Positions 1 to 12,000 of a stretch of 64,000 bases of DNA are shown here, piece after piece (the first letter of the stretch is position 1; each line of letters starts with the position of its first letter). Source of the DNA: Nemertoderma westbladi (lineage: Eukaryota; Animalia; Xenacoelomorpha); assembly GCA_032718475.1 (NCBI GenBank), contig JAUCBJ010003662.1, positions 33,802 through 97,801 on the forward strand, read 5' to 3'. The position numbers and the translations under genes are program-made. Below the pieces are notes generated by a model. The model was not told the origin of the DNA, searched no databases, and saw only the letters and a list, made by a program, of their open reading frames with translations.

Positions 1-3000
1 TGTTTGTTTGCTCACCTGTTCAGTTGTATTACGTGGTTCTGTTGTTTGTTTGCTCACCTGTTCAGTTATATTACGTGGTTCTGTTGTTTGTTTGCTCACC
101 TGTTCAGTTATATTACGTGGTTCTGTTGTTTGTTTGCTCACCTGTTCAGTTGTATTACGTGGTTCTGTTGTTTGTTTGCTCACCTGTTCAGTTTTATTAC
201 GTGGTTCTGTTGTTTGTTTGCTCACCTGTTCAGTTATATTACGTGGGTCTGTTGTTTGTTTGCTCACCTGTTCAGTTGTACATGTATTCCATGGTTCTGT
301 TGTTTGTTTGCTCACCTGTTCAGGTTTTTTACGTGGTTCTGTTGTTTGTTTGCTCACCTGTTCAGTTGTATTACGTGGTTCTGTTGTTTGTTTGCTCACC
401 TGTTCAGTTGTATTACGTGGTTCTGTTGTTTGTTTGCTCACCTGTTCAGTTGTATTACGTGGTTCTGTTGTTTGTTTGCTCACCTGTTCAGTTTTATTAC
501 GTGGTTCTGTTGTTTGTTTGCTCGGCTGTTCAGTTATATTACGTGGTTCTGTTGTTTGTTTGCTCACCTGTTCAGTTATATTACGTGGTTCTGTTGTTTG
601 TTTGCTCACCTGTTCAGTTTTATTACGTGGTTCTGTTGTTTGTTTGCTCACCTGTTCAGTTATATTACGTGGTTCTGTTGTTTGTTTGCTCACCTGTTCA
701 GTTGTATTACGTGGTTCTGTTGTTTGTTTGCTCACCTGTTCAGTTTTATTACGTGGTTCTGTTGTTTGTTTGCTCACCTGTTCAGTTGTATTACGTGGTT
801 CTGTTGTTTGTTTGCTCACCTGTTCAGTTTTATTACGTGGTTCTGTTGTTTGTTTGCTCACCTGTTCAGTTTTATAACGTGGTTCTGTTGTTTGTTTGCT
901 CACCTGTTCAGTTGTATTACGTGGTTCTGTTGTTAGTTTGCTCACCTTTTCAGTTTTATTACGTGGTTCTGTTGTTTGTTTGCTCACCTGTTCAGTTTTA
1001 TTACGTGGTTCTGTTGTTTGTTTGCTCACCTGTTCAGTTGTATTACGTGGTTCTGTTGTTTGTTTGCTCACCTGTTCAGTTTTATTACGTGGTTCTGTTG
1101 TTTGTTTGCTCATCTGTTCAGTTTTATTACGTGGTTCTGTTGTTTGTTTGCTCACCTGTTCAGTTTTATTACGTGGTTCTGTTGTTTGTTTGCTCACCTG
1201 TTCAGTTGTATTACGTGGTTCTGATGTTTGTTTACTCACCTGTTTAGTTTTTGTTTGCTCACCTGTTCAGTTTTATTACGTGGTTCTGTTGTTTGTTTAC
1301 TCACCTGTTTAGTTTTTGTTTGCTCACCTGTTCAGTTGTATTACGTGGTTCTGTTGTTTGTTTGCTCACCTGTTCAGTTTTATTACGTGGTTCTGTTGTT
1401 TGTTTGCTCACCTGTTCAGTTTTATTACGTGGTTCTGTTGTTTGTTTGCTCACCTGTTCAGTTGTAATACGTGGTTCTGTTGTTTGTTTGCTCACCTGTT
1501 CAGTTGTATTACGTGGTTCTGTTGTTTGTTTGCTCACCTGTTCAGGTTTTTTTTACGTGGTTCTGTTGTTTGTTTGCTCACCTGTTCAGTTGTATTACGT
1601 GGTTCTGTTGTTTGTTTGCTCACCTGTTCAGTTTTATTACGTGGTTCTGTTGTTTGTTTGCTCACCTGTTCAGTTGTAATACGTGGTTCTGTTGTTTGTT
1701 TGCTCACCTGTTCAGTTGTATTACGTGGTTCTGTTGTTTGTTTGCTCACCTGTTCAGGTTTTTTTTACGTGGTTCTGTTGTTTGTTTGCTCACCTGTTCA
1801 GTTGTATTACGTGGTTCTATTGTTTGTTTGCTCACCTGTTCAGTTGTATTACGTGGTTCTGTTGTTTGTTTGCTCACCTGTTCAGTTGTATTACGTGGTT
1901 CTGTTGTTTGTTTGCTCACCTGTTCAGTTTTATTACGTGGTTCTGTTGTTTGTTTGCTCACCTGTTCAGTTGTATTACGTGGTTCTGTTGTTTGTTTGCT
2001 CACCTGTTCAGTTGTATTACGTGGTTCTGCTGATTGTTTGCTCACCTGTTCAGTTGTATTACGTGGTTCTGTTGTTTGTTTGCTCACCTGTTCAGTTGTA
2101 TTACGTGGTTCTGTTGTTTGTTTGCTCACCTGTTCAGTTTTATTACGTGGTTCTGTTGTTTGTTTGCTCACCTGTTCAGTTGTATTACGTGGTTCTGTTG
2201 TTTGTTTGCTCACCTGTTCAGTTGTATTACGTGGTTCTGCTGTTTGTTTGCTCACCTGTTCAGTTGTATTACGTGGTTCTGTTGTTTGTTTGCTCACCTG
2301 TTCAGTTTTATTACGTGGTTCTGTTGTTTGTTTACTCACCTGTTCAGTTGTATTACGTGGTTCTGTTGTTTGTTTGCTCACCTGTTCAGTTTTATTACGT
2401 GGTTCTGTTGTTTGTTTGCTCACATGTTCAGTTGTATTACGTGGTTCTGTTGTTTGTTTGCTCACCTGTTCAGTTGTATTACGTGGTTCTGTTGTTTGTT
2501 TGCTCACCTGTTTAGTTTTTGTTTGCTCACCTGTTCAGTTTTATTACGTGGTTCTGTTGTTTGTTTACTCACCTCTTTACTTTTTGTTTGCTCACCTGTT
2601 CAGTTGTATTACGTGGTTCTGTTGTTTGTTTGCTCACCTGTTCAGTTTTATTACGTGGTTCTGTTGTTTGTTTGCTCACCTGTTCAGTTTTATTACGTGG
2701 TTCTGTTGTTTGTTTGCTCACCTGTTCAGTTGTATTACGTGGTTCTGTTGTTTGTTTGCTCACCTGTTCAGTTTTATTACGTGGTTCTGTTGTTTGTTTG
2801 CTCACCTGTTCAGTTGTATTACGTGGTTCTGTTGTTTGTTTGCTCACCTGTTCAGTTGTATTACGTGGTTCTGTTGTTTGTTTGCTCACCTGTTCAGTTT
2901 TATTACGTGGTTCGGTTGTTTGTTTGCTCACCTGTTCAGTTTTATTACGTGGTTCTGTTGTTTGTTTGCTCACCTGTTCAGTTGTATTACGTGGTTCTGT

Positions 3001-6000
3001 TGTTTGTTTGCTCACCTGTTCAGTTGTATTACGTGGTTCTGTTGTTTGTTTGCTCACCTGTTCAGTTTTATTACGTGGTTCTCTTGCTTGTTTGCTCACC
3101 TGTTCAGTTTTATAACGTGGTTCTGTTGTTTGTTTGCTCACCTGTTCAGTTGTATTACGTGGTTCTGTTGTTTGTTTGCTCACCTGTTCAGTTTTATTAC
3201 GTGGTTCTGTTGTTTGTTTACTCACCTGTTCAGTTGTATTACGTGGTTCTGTTGTTTGTTTGCTCACCTGTTCAGTTGTATTACGTGGTTCTGTTGTTTG
3301 TTTGCTCACCTGTTCAGTTGTATTACGTGGTTCTGTTGTTTGTTTGCTCACCTGTTCAGTTTTATTACGTGGTTCTGTTGTTTGTTTGCTCACCTGTTCA
3401 GTTGTATTACGTGGTTCTGTTGTTTGTTTGCTCACCTGTTTAGTTTTTGTTTGCTCACCTGTTCAGTTTTATTACGTGGTTCTGTTGTTTGTTTACTCAC
3501 CTCTTTACTTTTTGTTTGCTCACCTGTTCAGTTGTATTACGTGGTTCTGTTGTTTGTTTGCTCACCTGTTCAGTTTTATTACGTGGTTCTGTTGTTTGTT
3601 TGCTCACCTGTTCAGTTTTATTACGTGGTTCTGTTGTTTGTTTGCTCACCTGTTCAGTTGTATTACGTGGTTCTGTTGTTTGTTTGCTCACCTGTTCAGT
3701 TTTATTACGTGGTTCTGTTGTTTGTTTGCTCACCTGTTCAGTTGTATTACGTGGTTCTGTTGTTTGTTTGCTCACCTGTTCAGTTGTATTACGTGGTTCT
3801 GTTGTTTGTTTGCTCACCTGTTCAGTTTTATTACGTGGTTCGGTTGTTTGTTTGCTCACCTGTTCAGTTTTATTACGTGGTTCTGTTGTTTGTTTGCTCA
3901 CCTGTTCAGTTGTATTACGTGGTTCTGTTGTTTGTTTGCTCACCTGTTCAGTTGTATTACGTGGTTCTGTTGTTTGTTTGCTCACCTGTTCAGTTTTATT
4001 ACGTGGTTCTCTTGCTTGTTTGCTCACCTGTTCAGTTTTATAACGTGGTTCTGTTGTTTGTTTGCTCACCTGTTCAGTTGTATTACGTGGTTCTGTTGTT
4101 TGTTTGCTCACCTGTTCAGTTATATTACGTGGTTCTGTTGTTTGTTTGCTCACCTGTTCAGTTTTATTACGTGGTTCCGTTGTTTGTTTGCTCACCTGTT
4201 CAGTTTTATTACGTGGTTCTGTTGTTTGTTTGCTCACATGTTCAGTTGTATTACGTGGTTCTGTTGTTTGTTTGCTCACCTGTTCAGTTTTATTACGTGG
4301 TTCTGTTGTTTGTTTGCTCACCTGTTCAGTTTTATTACGTGGTTCTGTTGTTTGTTTGCTCACCTGTTCAGTTGTATTACGTGGTTCTGTTGTTTGTTTG
4401 CTCACCTGTTCAGTTATATTACGTGGTTCTGTTGTTTGTTTGCTCACCTGTTCAGTTATATTACGTGGTTCTGTTGTTTGTTTGCTCACCTGTTCAGTTG
4501 TATTACGTGGTTCTGTTGTTTGTTTGCTCACCTGTTCAGTTGTATTACGTGGTTCTGTTGTTTGTTTGCTCACCTGTTCAGTTTTATTACGTGGTTCTGT
4601 TGTTTGTTTGCTCACCTGTTCAGTTTTATTACGTGGTTCTGTTGTTTGTTTGCTCACCTGTTCAGTTGTATTACGTGGTTCTGTTGTTTGTTTGCTCACC
4701 TGTTCAGTTTTATTACGTGGTTCTGTTGTTTGTTTGCTCACCTGTTCAGTTGTATTACGTGGTTCTGTTGTTTGTTTGCTCACCTGTTCAGTTTTATTAC
4801 GTGGTTCTGTTGTTTGTTTGCTCACCTGTTCAGTTGTATTACGTGGTTCTGTTGTTTGTTTGCTCACCTGTTCAGTTGTATTACGTGGTTCTGTTGTTTG
4901 TTTGCTCACCTGTTCAGTTGTATTACGTGGTTCTGTTGTTTGTTTGCTCACCTGTTCAGTTTTATTACGTGGTTCGGTTGTTTGTTTGCTCACCTGTTCA
5001 GTTTTATTACGTGGTTCTGTTGTTTGTTTGCTCACCTGTTCAGTTGTATTACGTGGTTCTGTTGTTTGTTTGCTCACCTGTTCAGTTGTATTACGTGGTT
5101 CTGTTGTTTGTTTGCTCACCTGTTCAGTTTTATTACGTGGTTCTCTTGCTTGTTTGCTCACCTGTTCAGTTTTATAACGTGGTTCTGTTGTTTGTTTGAT
5201 CACCTGTTCAGTTGTATTACGTGGTTCTGTTGTTTGTTTGCTCACCTGTTCAGTTATATTACGTGGTTCTGTTGTTTGTTTGCTCACCTGTTCAGTTTTA
5301 TTACGTGGTTCCGTTGTTTGTTTGCTCACCTGTTCAGTTTTATTACGTGGTTCTGTTGTTTGTTTGCTCACATGTTCAGTTGTATTACGTGGTTCTGTTG
5401 TTTGTTTGCTCACCTGTTCAGTTTTATTACGTGGTTCTGTTGTTTGTTTGCTCACCTGTTCAGTTTTATTACGTGGTTCTGTTGTTTGTTTGCTCACCTG
5501 TTCAGTTGTATTACGTGGTTCTGTTGTTTGTTTGCTCACCTGTTCAGTTATATTACGTGGTTCTGTTGTTTGTTTGCTCACCTGTTCAGTTATATTACGT
5601 GGTTCTGTTGTTTGTTTGCTCACCTGTTCAGTTGTATTACGTGGTTCTGTTGTTTGTTTGCTCACCTGTTCAGTTTTATTACGTGGTTCTGTTGTTTGTT
5701 TGCTCACCTGTTCAGTTATATTACGTGGGTCTGTTGTTTGTTTGCTCACCTGTTCAGTTGTACATGTATTCCATGGTTCTGTTGTTTGTTTGCTCACCTG
5801 TTCAGGTTTTTTACGTGGTTCTGTTGTTTGTTTGCTCACCTGTTCAGTTGTATTACGTGGTTCTGTTGTTTGTTTGCTCACCTGTTCAGTTGTATTACGT
5901 GGTTCTGTTGTTTGTTTGCTCACCTGTTCAGTTGTATTACGTGGTTCTGTTGTTTGTTTGCTCACCTGTTCAGTTTTATTACGTGGTTCTGTTGTTTGTT

Positions 6001-9000
6001 TGCTCAGCTGTTCAGTTATATTACGTGGTTCTGTTGTTTGTTTGCTCACCTGTTCAGTTATATTACGTGGTTCTGTTGTTTGTTTGCTCACCTGTTCAGT
6101 TTTATTACGTGGTTCTGTTGTTTGTTTGCTCACCTGTTCAGTTTTATAACGTGGTTCTGTTGTTTGTTTGCTCACCTGTTCAGTTGTATTACGTGGTTCT
6201 GTTGTTTGTTTGCTCACCTGTTCAGTTATATTACGTGGTTCTGTTGTTTGTTTGCTCACCTGTTCAGTTTTATTACGTGGTTCCGTTGTTTGTTTGCTCA
6301 CCTGTTCAGTTTTATTACGTGGTTCTGTTGTTTGTTTGCTCACATGTTCAGTTGTATTACGTGGTTCTGTTGTTTGTTTGCTCACCTGTTCAGTTTTATT
6401 ACGTGGTTCTGTTGTTTGTTTGCTCACCTGTTCAGTTTTATTACGTGGTTCTGTTGTTTGTTTGCTCACCTGTTCAGTTGTATTACGTGGTTCTGTTGTT
6501 TGTTTGCTCACCTGTTCAGTTATATTACGTGGTTCTGTTGTTTGTTTGCTCACCTGTTCAGTTATATTACGTGGTTCTGTTGTTTGTTTGCTCACCTGTT
6601 CAGTTGTATTACGTGGTTCTGTTGTTTGTTTGCTCACCTGTTCAGTTGTATTACGTGGTTCTGTTGTTTGTTTGCTCACCTGTTCAGTTTTATTACGTGG
6701 TTCTGTTGTTTGTTTGCTCACCTGTTCAGTTTTATTACGTGGTTCTGTTGTTTGTTTGCTCACCTGTTCAGTTGTATTACGTGGTTCTGTTGTTTGTTTG
6801 CTCACCTGTTCAGTTTTATTACGTGGTTCTGTTGTTTGTTTGCTCACCTGTTCAGTTGTATTACGTGGTTCTGTTGTTTGTTTGCTCACCTGTTCAGTTG
6901 TATTACGTGGTTCTGTTGTTTGTTTGCTCACCTGTTCAGTTTTATTACGTGGTTCGGTTGTTTGTTTGCTCACCTGTTCAGTTTTATTACGTGGTTCTGT
7001 TGTTTGTTTGCTCACCTGTTCAGTTGTATTACGTGGTTCTGTTGTTTGTTTGCTCACCTGTTCAGTTGTATTACGTGGTTCTGTTGTTTGTTTGCTCACC
7101 TGTTCAGTTTTATTACGTGGTTCTCTTGCTTGTTTGCTCACCTGTTCAGTTTTATAACGTGGTTCTGTTGTTTGTTTGCTCACCTGTTCAGTTGTATTAC
7201 GTGGTTCTGTTGTTTGTTTGCTCACCTGTTCAGTTATATTACGTGGTTCTGTTGTTTGTTTGCTCACCTGTTCAGTTTTATTACGTGGTTCCGTTGTTTG
7301 TTTGCTCACCTGTTCAGTTTTATTACGTGGTTCTGTTGTTTGTTTGCTCACATGTTCAGTTGTATTACGTGGTTCTGTTGTTTGTTTGCTCACCTGTTCA
7401 GTTTTATTACGTGGTTCTGTTGTTTGTTTGCTCACCTGTTCAGTTTTATTACGTGGTTCTGTTGTTTGTTTGCTCACCTGTTCAGTTGTATTACGTGGTT
7501 CTGTTGTTTGTTTGCTCACCTGTTCAGTTATATTACGTGGTTCTGTTGTTTGTTTGCTCACCTGTTCAGTTATATTACGTGGTTCTGTTGTTTGTTTGCT
7601 CACCTGTTCAGTTGTATTACGTGGTTCTGTTGTTTGTTTGCTCACCTGTTCAGTTTTATTACGTGGTTCTGTTGTTTGTTTGCTCACCTGTTCAGTTATA
7701 TTACGTGGGTCTGTTGTTTGTTTGCTCACCTGTTCAGTTGTACATGTATTCCATGGTTCTGTTGTTTGTTTGCTCACCTGTTCAGGTTTTTTACGTGGTT
7801 CTGTTGTTTGTTTGCTCACCTGTTCAGTTGTATTACGTGGTTCTGTTGTTTGTTTGCTCACCTGTTCAGTTGTATTACGTGGTTCTGTTGTTTGTTTGCT
7901 CACCTGTTCAGTTGTATTACGTGGTTCTGTTGTTTGTTTGCTCACCTGTTCAGTTTTATTACGTGGTTCTGTTGTTTGTTTGCTCAGCTGTTCAGTTATA
8001 TTACGTGGTTCTGTTGTTTGTTTGCTCACCTGTTCAGTTATATTACGTGGTTCTGTTGTTTGTTTGCTCACCTGTTCAGTTTTATTACGTGGTTCTGTTG
8101 TTTGTTTGCTCACCTGTTCAGTTATATTACGTGGTTCTGTTGTTTGTTTGCTCACCTGTTCAGTTGTATTACGTGGTTCTGTTGTTTGTTTGCTCACCTG
8201 TTCAGTTTTATTACGTGGTTCTGTTGTTTGTTTGCTCACCTGTTCAGTTGTATTACGTGGTTCTGTTGTTTGTTTGCTCACCTGTTCAGTTTTATTACGT
8301 GGTTCTGTTGTTTGTTTGCTCACCTGTTCAGTTTTATAACGTGGTTCTGTTGTTTGTTTGCTCACCTGTTCAGTTGTATTACGTGGTTCTGTTGTTAGTT
8401 TGCTCACCTTTTCAGTTTTATTACGTGGTTCTGTTGTTTGTTTGCTCACCTGTTCAGTTTTATTACGTGGTTCTGTTGTTTGTTTGCTCACCTGTTCAGT
8501 TGTATTACGTGGTTCTGCTGTTTGTTTGCTCACCTGTTCAGTTTTATTACGTGGTTCTGTTGTTTGTTTGCTCATCTGTTCAGTTTTATTACGTGGTTCT
8601 GTTGTTTGTTTGCTCACCTGTTCAGTTTTATTACGTGGTTCTGTTGTTTGTTTGCTCACCTGTTCAGTTGTATTACGTGGTTCTGATGTTTGTTTACTCA
8701 CCTGTTTAGTTTTTGTTTGCTCACCTGTTCAGTTTTATTACGTGGTTCTGTTGTTTGTTTACTCACCTGTTTAGTTTTTGTTTGCTCACCTGTTCAGTTG
8801 TATTACGTGGTTCTGTTGTTTGTTTGCTCACCTGTTCAGTTTTATTACGTGGTTCTGTTGTTTGTTTGCTCACCTGTTCAGTTTTATTACGTGGTTCTGT
8901 TGTTTGTTTGCTCACCTGTTCAGTTGTAATACGTGGTTCTGTTGTTTGTTTGCTCACCTGTTCAGTTGTATTACGTGGTTCTGTTGTTTGTTTGCTCACC

Positions 9001-12000
9001 TGTTCAGGTTTTTTTTACGTGGTTCTGTTGTTTGTTTGCTCACCTGTTCAGTTGTATTACGTGGTTCTGTTGTTTGTTTGCTCACCTGTTCAGTTTTATT
9101 ACGTGGTTCTGTTGTTTGTTTGCTCACCTGTTCAGTTGTAATACGTGGTTCTGTTGTTTGTTTGCTCACCTGTTCAGTTGTATTACGTGGTTCTGTTGTT
9201 TGTTTGCTCACCTGTTCAGGTTTTTTTTACGTGGTTCTGTTGTTTGTTTGCTCACCTGTTCAGTTGTATTACGTGGTTCTATTGTTTGTTTGCTCACCTG
9301 TTCAGTTGTATTACGTGGTTCTGTTGTTTGTTTGCTCACCTGTTCAGTTGTATTACGTGGTTCTGTTGTTTGTTTGCTCACCTGTTCAGTTTTATTACGT
9401 GGTTCTGTTGTTTGTTTGCTCACCTGTTCAGTTGTATTACGTGGTTCTGTTGTTTGTTTGCTCACCTGTTCAGTTGTATTACGTGGTTCTGCTGATTGTT
9501 TGCTCACCTGTTCAGTTGTATTACGTGGTTCTGTTGTTTGTTTGCTCACCTGTTCAGTTGTATTACGTGGTTCTGTTGTTTGTTTGCTCACCTGTTCAGT
9601 TTTATTACGTGGTTCTGTTGTTTGTTTGCTCACCTGTTCAGTTGTATTACGTGGTTCTGTTGTTTGTTTGCTCACCTGTTCAGTTGTATTACGTGGTTCT
9701 GCTGTTTGTTTGCTCACCTGTTCAGTTGTATTACGTGGTTCTGTTGTTTGTTTGCTCACCTGTTCAGTTTTATTACGTGGTTCTGTTGTTTGTTTACTCA
9801 CCTGTTCAGTTGTATTACGTGGTTCTGTTGTTTGTTTGCTCACCTGTTCAGTTGTATTACGTGGTTCTGTTGTTTGTTTGCTCACCTGTTCAGTTGTATT
9901 ACGTGGTTCTGTTGTTTGTTTGCTCACCTGTTCAGTTTTATTACGTGGTTCTGTTGTTTGTTTGCTCACCTGTTCAGTTGTATTACGTGGTTCTGTTGTT
10001 TGTTTGCTCACCTGTTTAGTTTTTGTTTGCTCACCTGTTCAGTTTTATTACGTGGTTCTGTTGTTTGTTTACTCACCTCTTTACTTTTTGTTTGCTCACC
10101 TGTTCAGTTGTATTACGTGGTTCTGTTGTTTGTTTGCTCACCTGTTCAGTTTTATTACGTGGTTCTGTTGTTTGTTTGCTCACCTGTTCAGTTTTATTAC
10201 GTGGTTCTGTTGTTTGTTTGCTCACCTGTTCAGTTGTATTACGTGGTTCTGTTGTTTGTTTGCTCACCTGTTCAGTTTTATTACGTGGTTCTGTTGTTTG
10301 TTTGCTCACCTGTTCAGTTGTATTACGTGGTTCTGTTGTTTGTTTGCTCACCTGTTCAGTTGTATTACGTGGTTCTGTTGTTTGTTTGCTCACCTGTTCA
10401 GTTTTATTACGTGGTTCGGTTGTTTGTTTGCTCACCTGTTCAGTTTTATTACGTGGTTCTGTTGTTTGTTTGCTCACCTGTTCAGTTGTATTACGTGGTT
10501 CTGTTGTTTGTTTGCTCACCTGTTCAGTTGTATTACGTGGTTCTGTTGTTTGTTTGCTCACCTGTTCAGTTGTATTACGTGGTTCTGTTGTTTGTTTGCT
10601 CACCTGTTCAGTTTTATTACGTGGTTCTGTTGTTTGTTTGCTCACCTGTTCAGTTATATTACGTGGTTCTGTTGTTTGTTTGCTCACCTGTTCAGTTATA
10701 TTACGTGGTTCTGTTGTTTGTTTGCTCACCTGTTCAGTTTTATTACGTGGTTCTGTTGTTTGTTTGCTCACCTGTTCAGTTGTATTACGTGGTTCTGTTG
10801 TTTGTTTGCTCACCTGTTCCGTTATATTACGTGGTTCTGTTGTTTGTTTGCTCACCTGTTCAGTTGTATTAGGTGGTTCTGTTGTTTGTTTGCTCACCTG
10901 TTCAGTTTTATTACGTGGTTCTGTTGTTTGTTTGCTCACCTGTTCAGTTGTATTACGTGGTTCTGTTGTTTGTTTGCTCACCTGTTCAGTTTTATTACGT
11001 GGTTCTCTTGCTTGTTTGCTCACCTGTTCAGTTTTATAACGTGGTTCTGTTGTTTGTTTGCTCACCTGTTCAGTTTATTACGTGGTTCTGTTGTTTGTTT
11101 GCTCACCTGTTCAGTTTTATTACGTGGTTCTGTTGTTTGTTTTCTCACCTGTTCAGTTGTATTACGTGGTTCTGTTGTTTGTTTGCTCACCTGTTCAGTT
11201 GTATTACGTGGTTCTGTTGTTTGTTTGCTCACCTGTTCAGTTTTATTACGTGGTTCTGTTGTTTGTTTGCTCACCTGTTCAGTTTTATTACGTGGTTCTG
11301 TTGTTTGTTTGCTCACCTGTTCAGTTGTATTACGTGGTTCTGTTGTTTGTTTGCTCACCTGTTCAGTTATATTACGTGGTTCTGTTGTTTGTTTGCTCAC
11401 CTGTTCAGTTTTATTACGTGGTTCTGTTGTTTGTTTGCTCACCTGTTCAGTTGTATTACGTGGTTCTGTTGTTTGTTTGCTCACCTGTTCAGTTTTATTA
11501 CGTGGTTCTCTTGCTTGTTTGCTCACCTGTTCAGTTTTATTACGTGGTTCTGTTGTTTGTTTGCTCACCTGTTCAGTTGTATTACGTGGTTCTGTTGTTT
11601 GTTTGCTCACCTGTTTAGTTTTTGTTTGCTCACCTGTTCAGTTTTATTACGTGGTTCTGTTGTTTGTTTGCTCACCTGTTCAGTTGTATTACGTGGTTCT
11701 GTTGTTTGTTTGCTCACCTGTTCAGTTTTATTACGTGGTTCTGTTGTTTGTTTGCTCACCTGTTCAGTTGTATTACGTGGTTCTGTTGGTTCAGTTTTAT
11801 TACGTGGTTCTGTTGTTTGTTTACTCACCTGTTTAGTTTTTGTTTGCTCACCTGTTCAGTTGTATTACATGGTTCTGTTGTTTGTTTGCTCACCTGTTCA
11901 GTTTTATTACGTGGTTCTGTTGTTTGTTTGCTCACCTGTTTAGTTTTTGTTTGCTTACCTGTTCAGTTTTATTACGTGGTTCTGTTGTTTGTTTGCTCAC

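Noticed and set aside
3497-8701. Long minus-strand ORFs (SKQTTEPRN[T/K/I]TEQV)n resembling a mucin, with an N-x-T sequon in every unit
   Set aside because: The 42-bp monomer is stop-free in four of six frames. Frameshifting 23-, 41-, 43- and 44-bp variants are frequent and have been amplified. The main polymorphism is at codon position 2. There is no signal peptide or unique domain. A coding ancestry cannot be excluded, but there is no support for a current gene.
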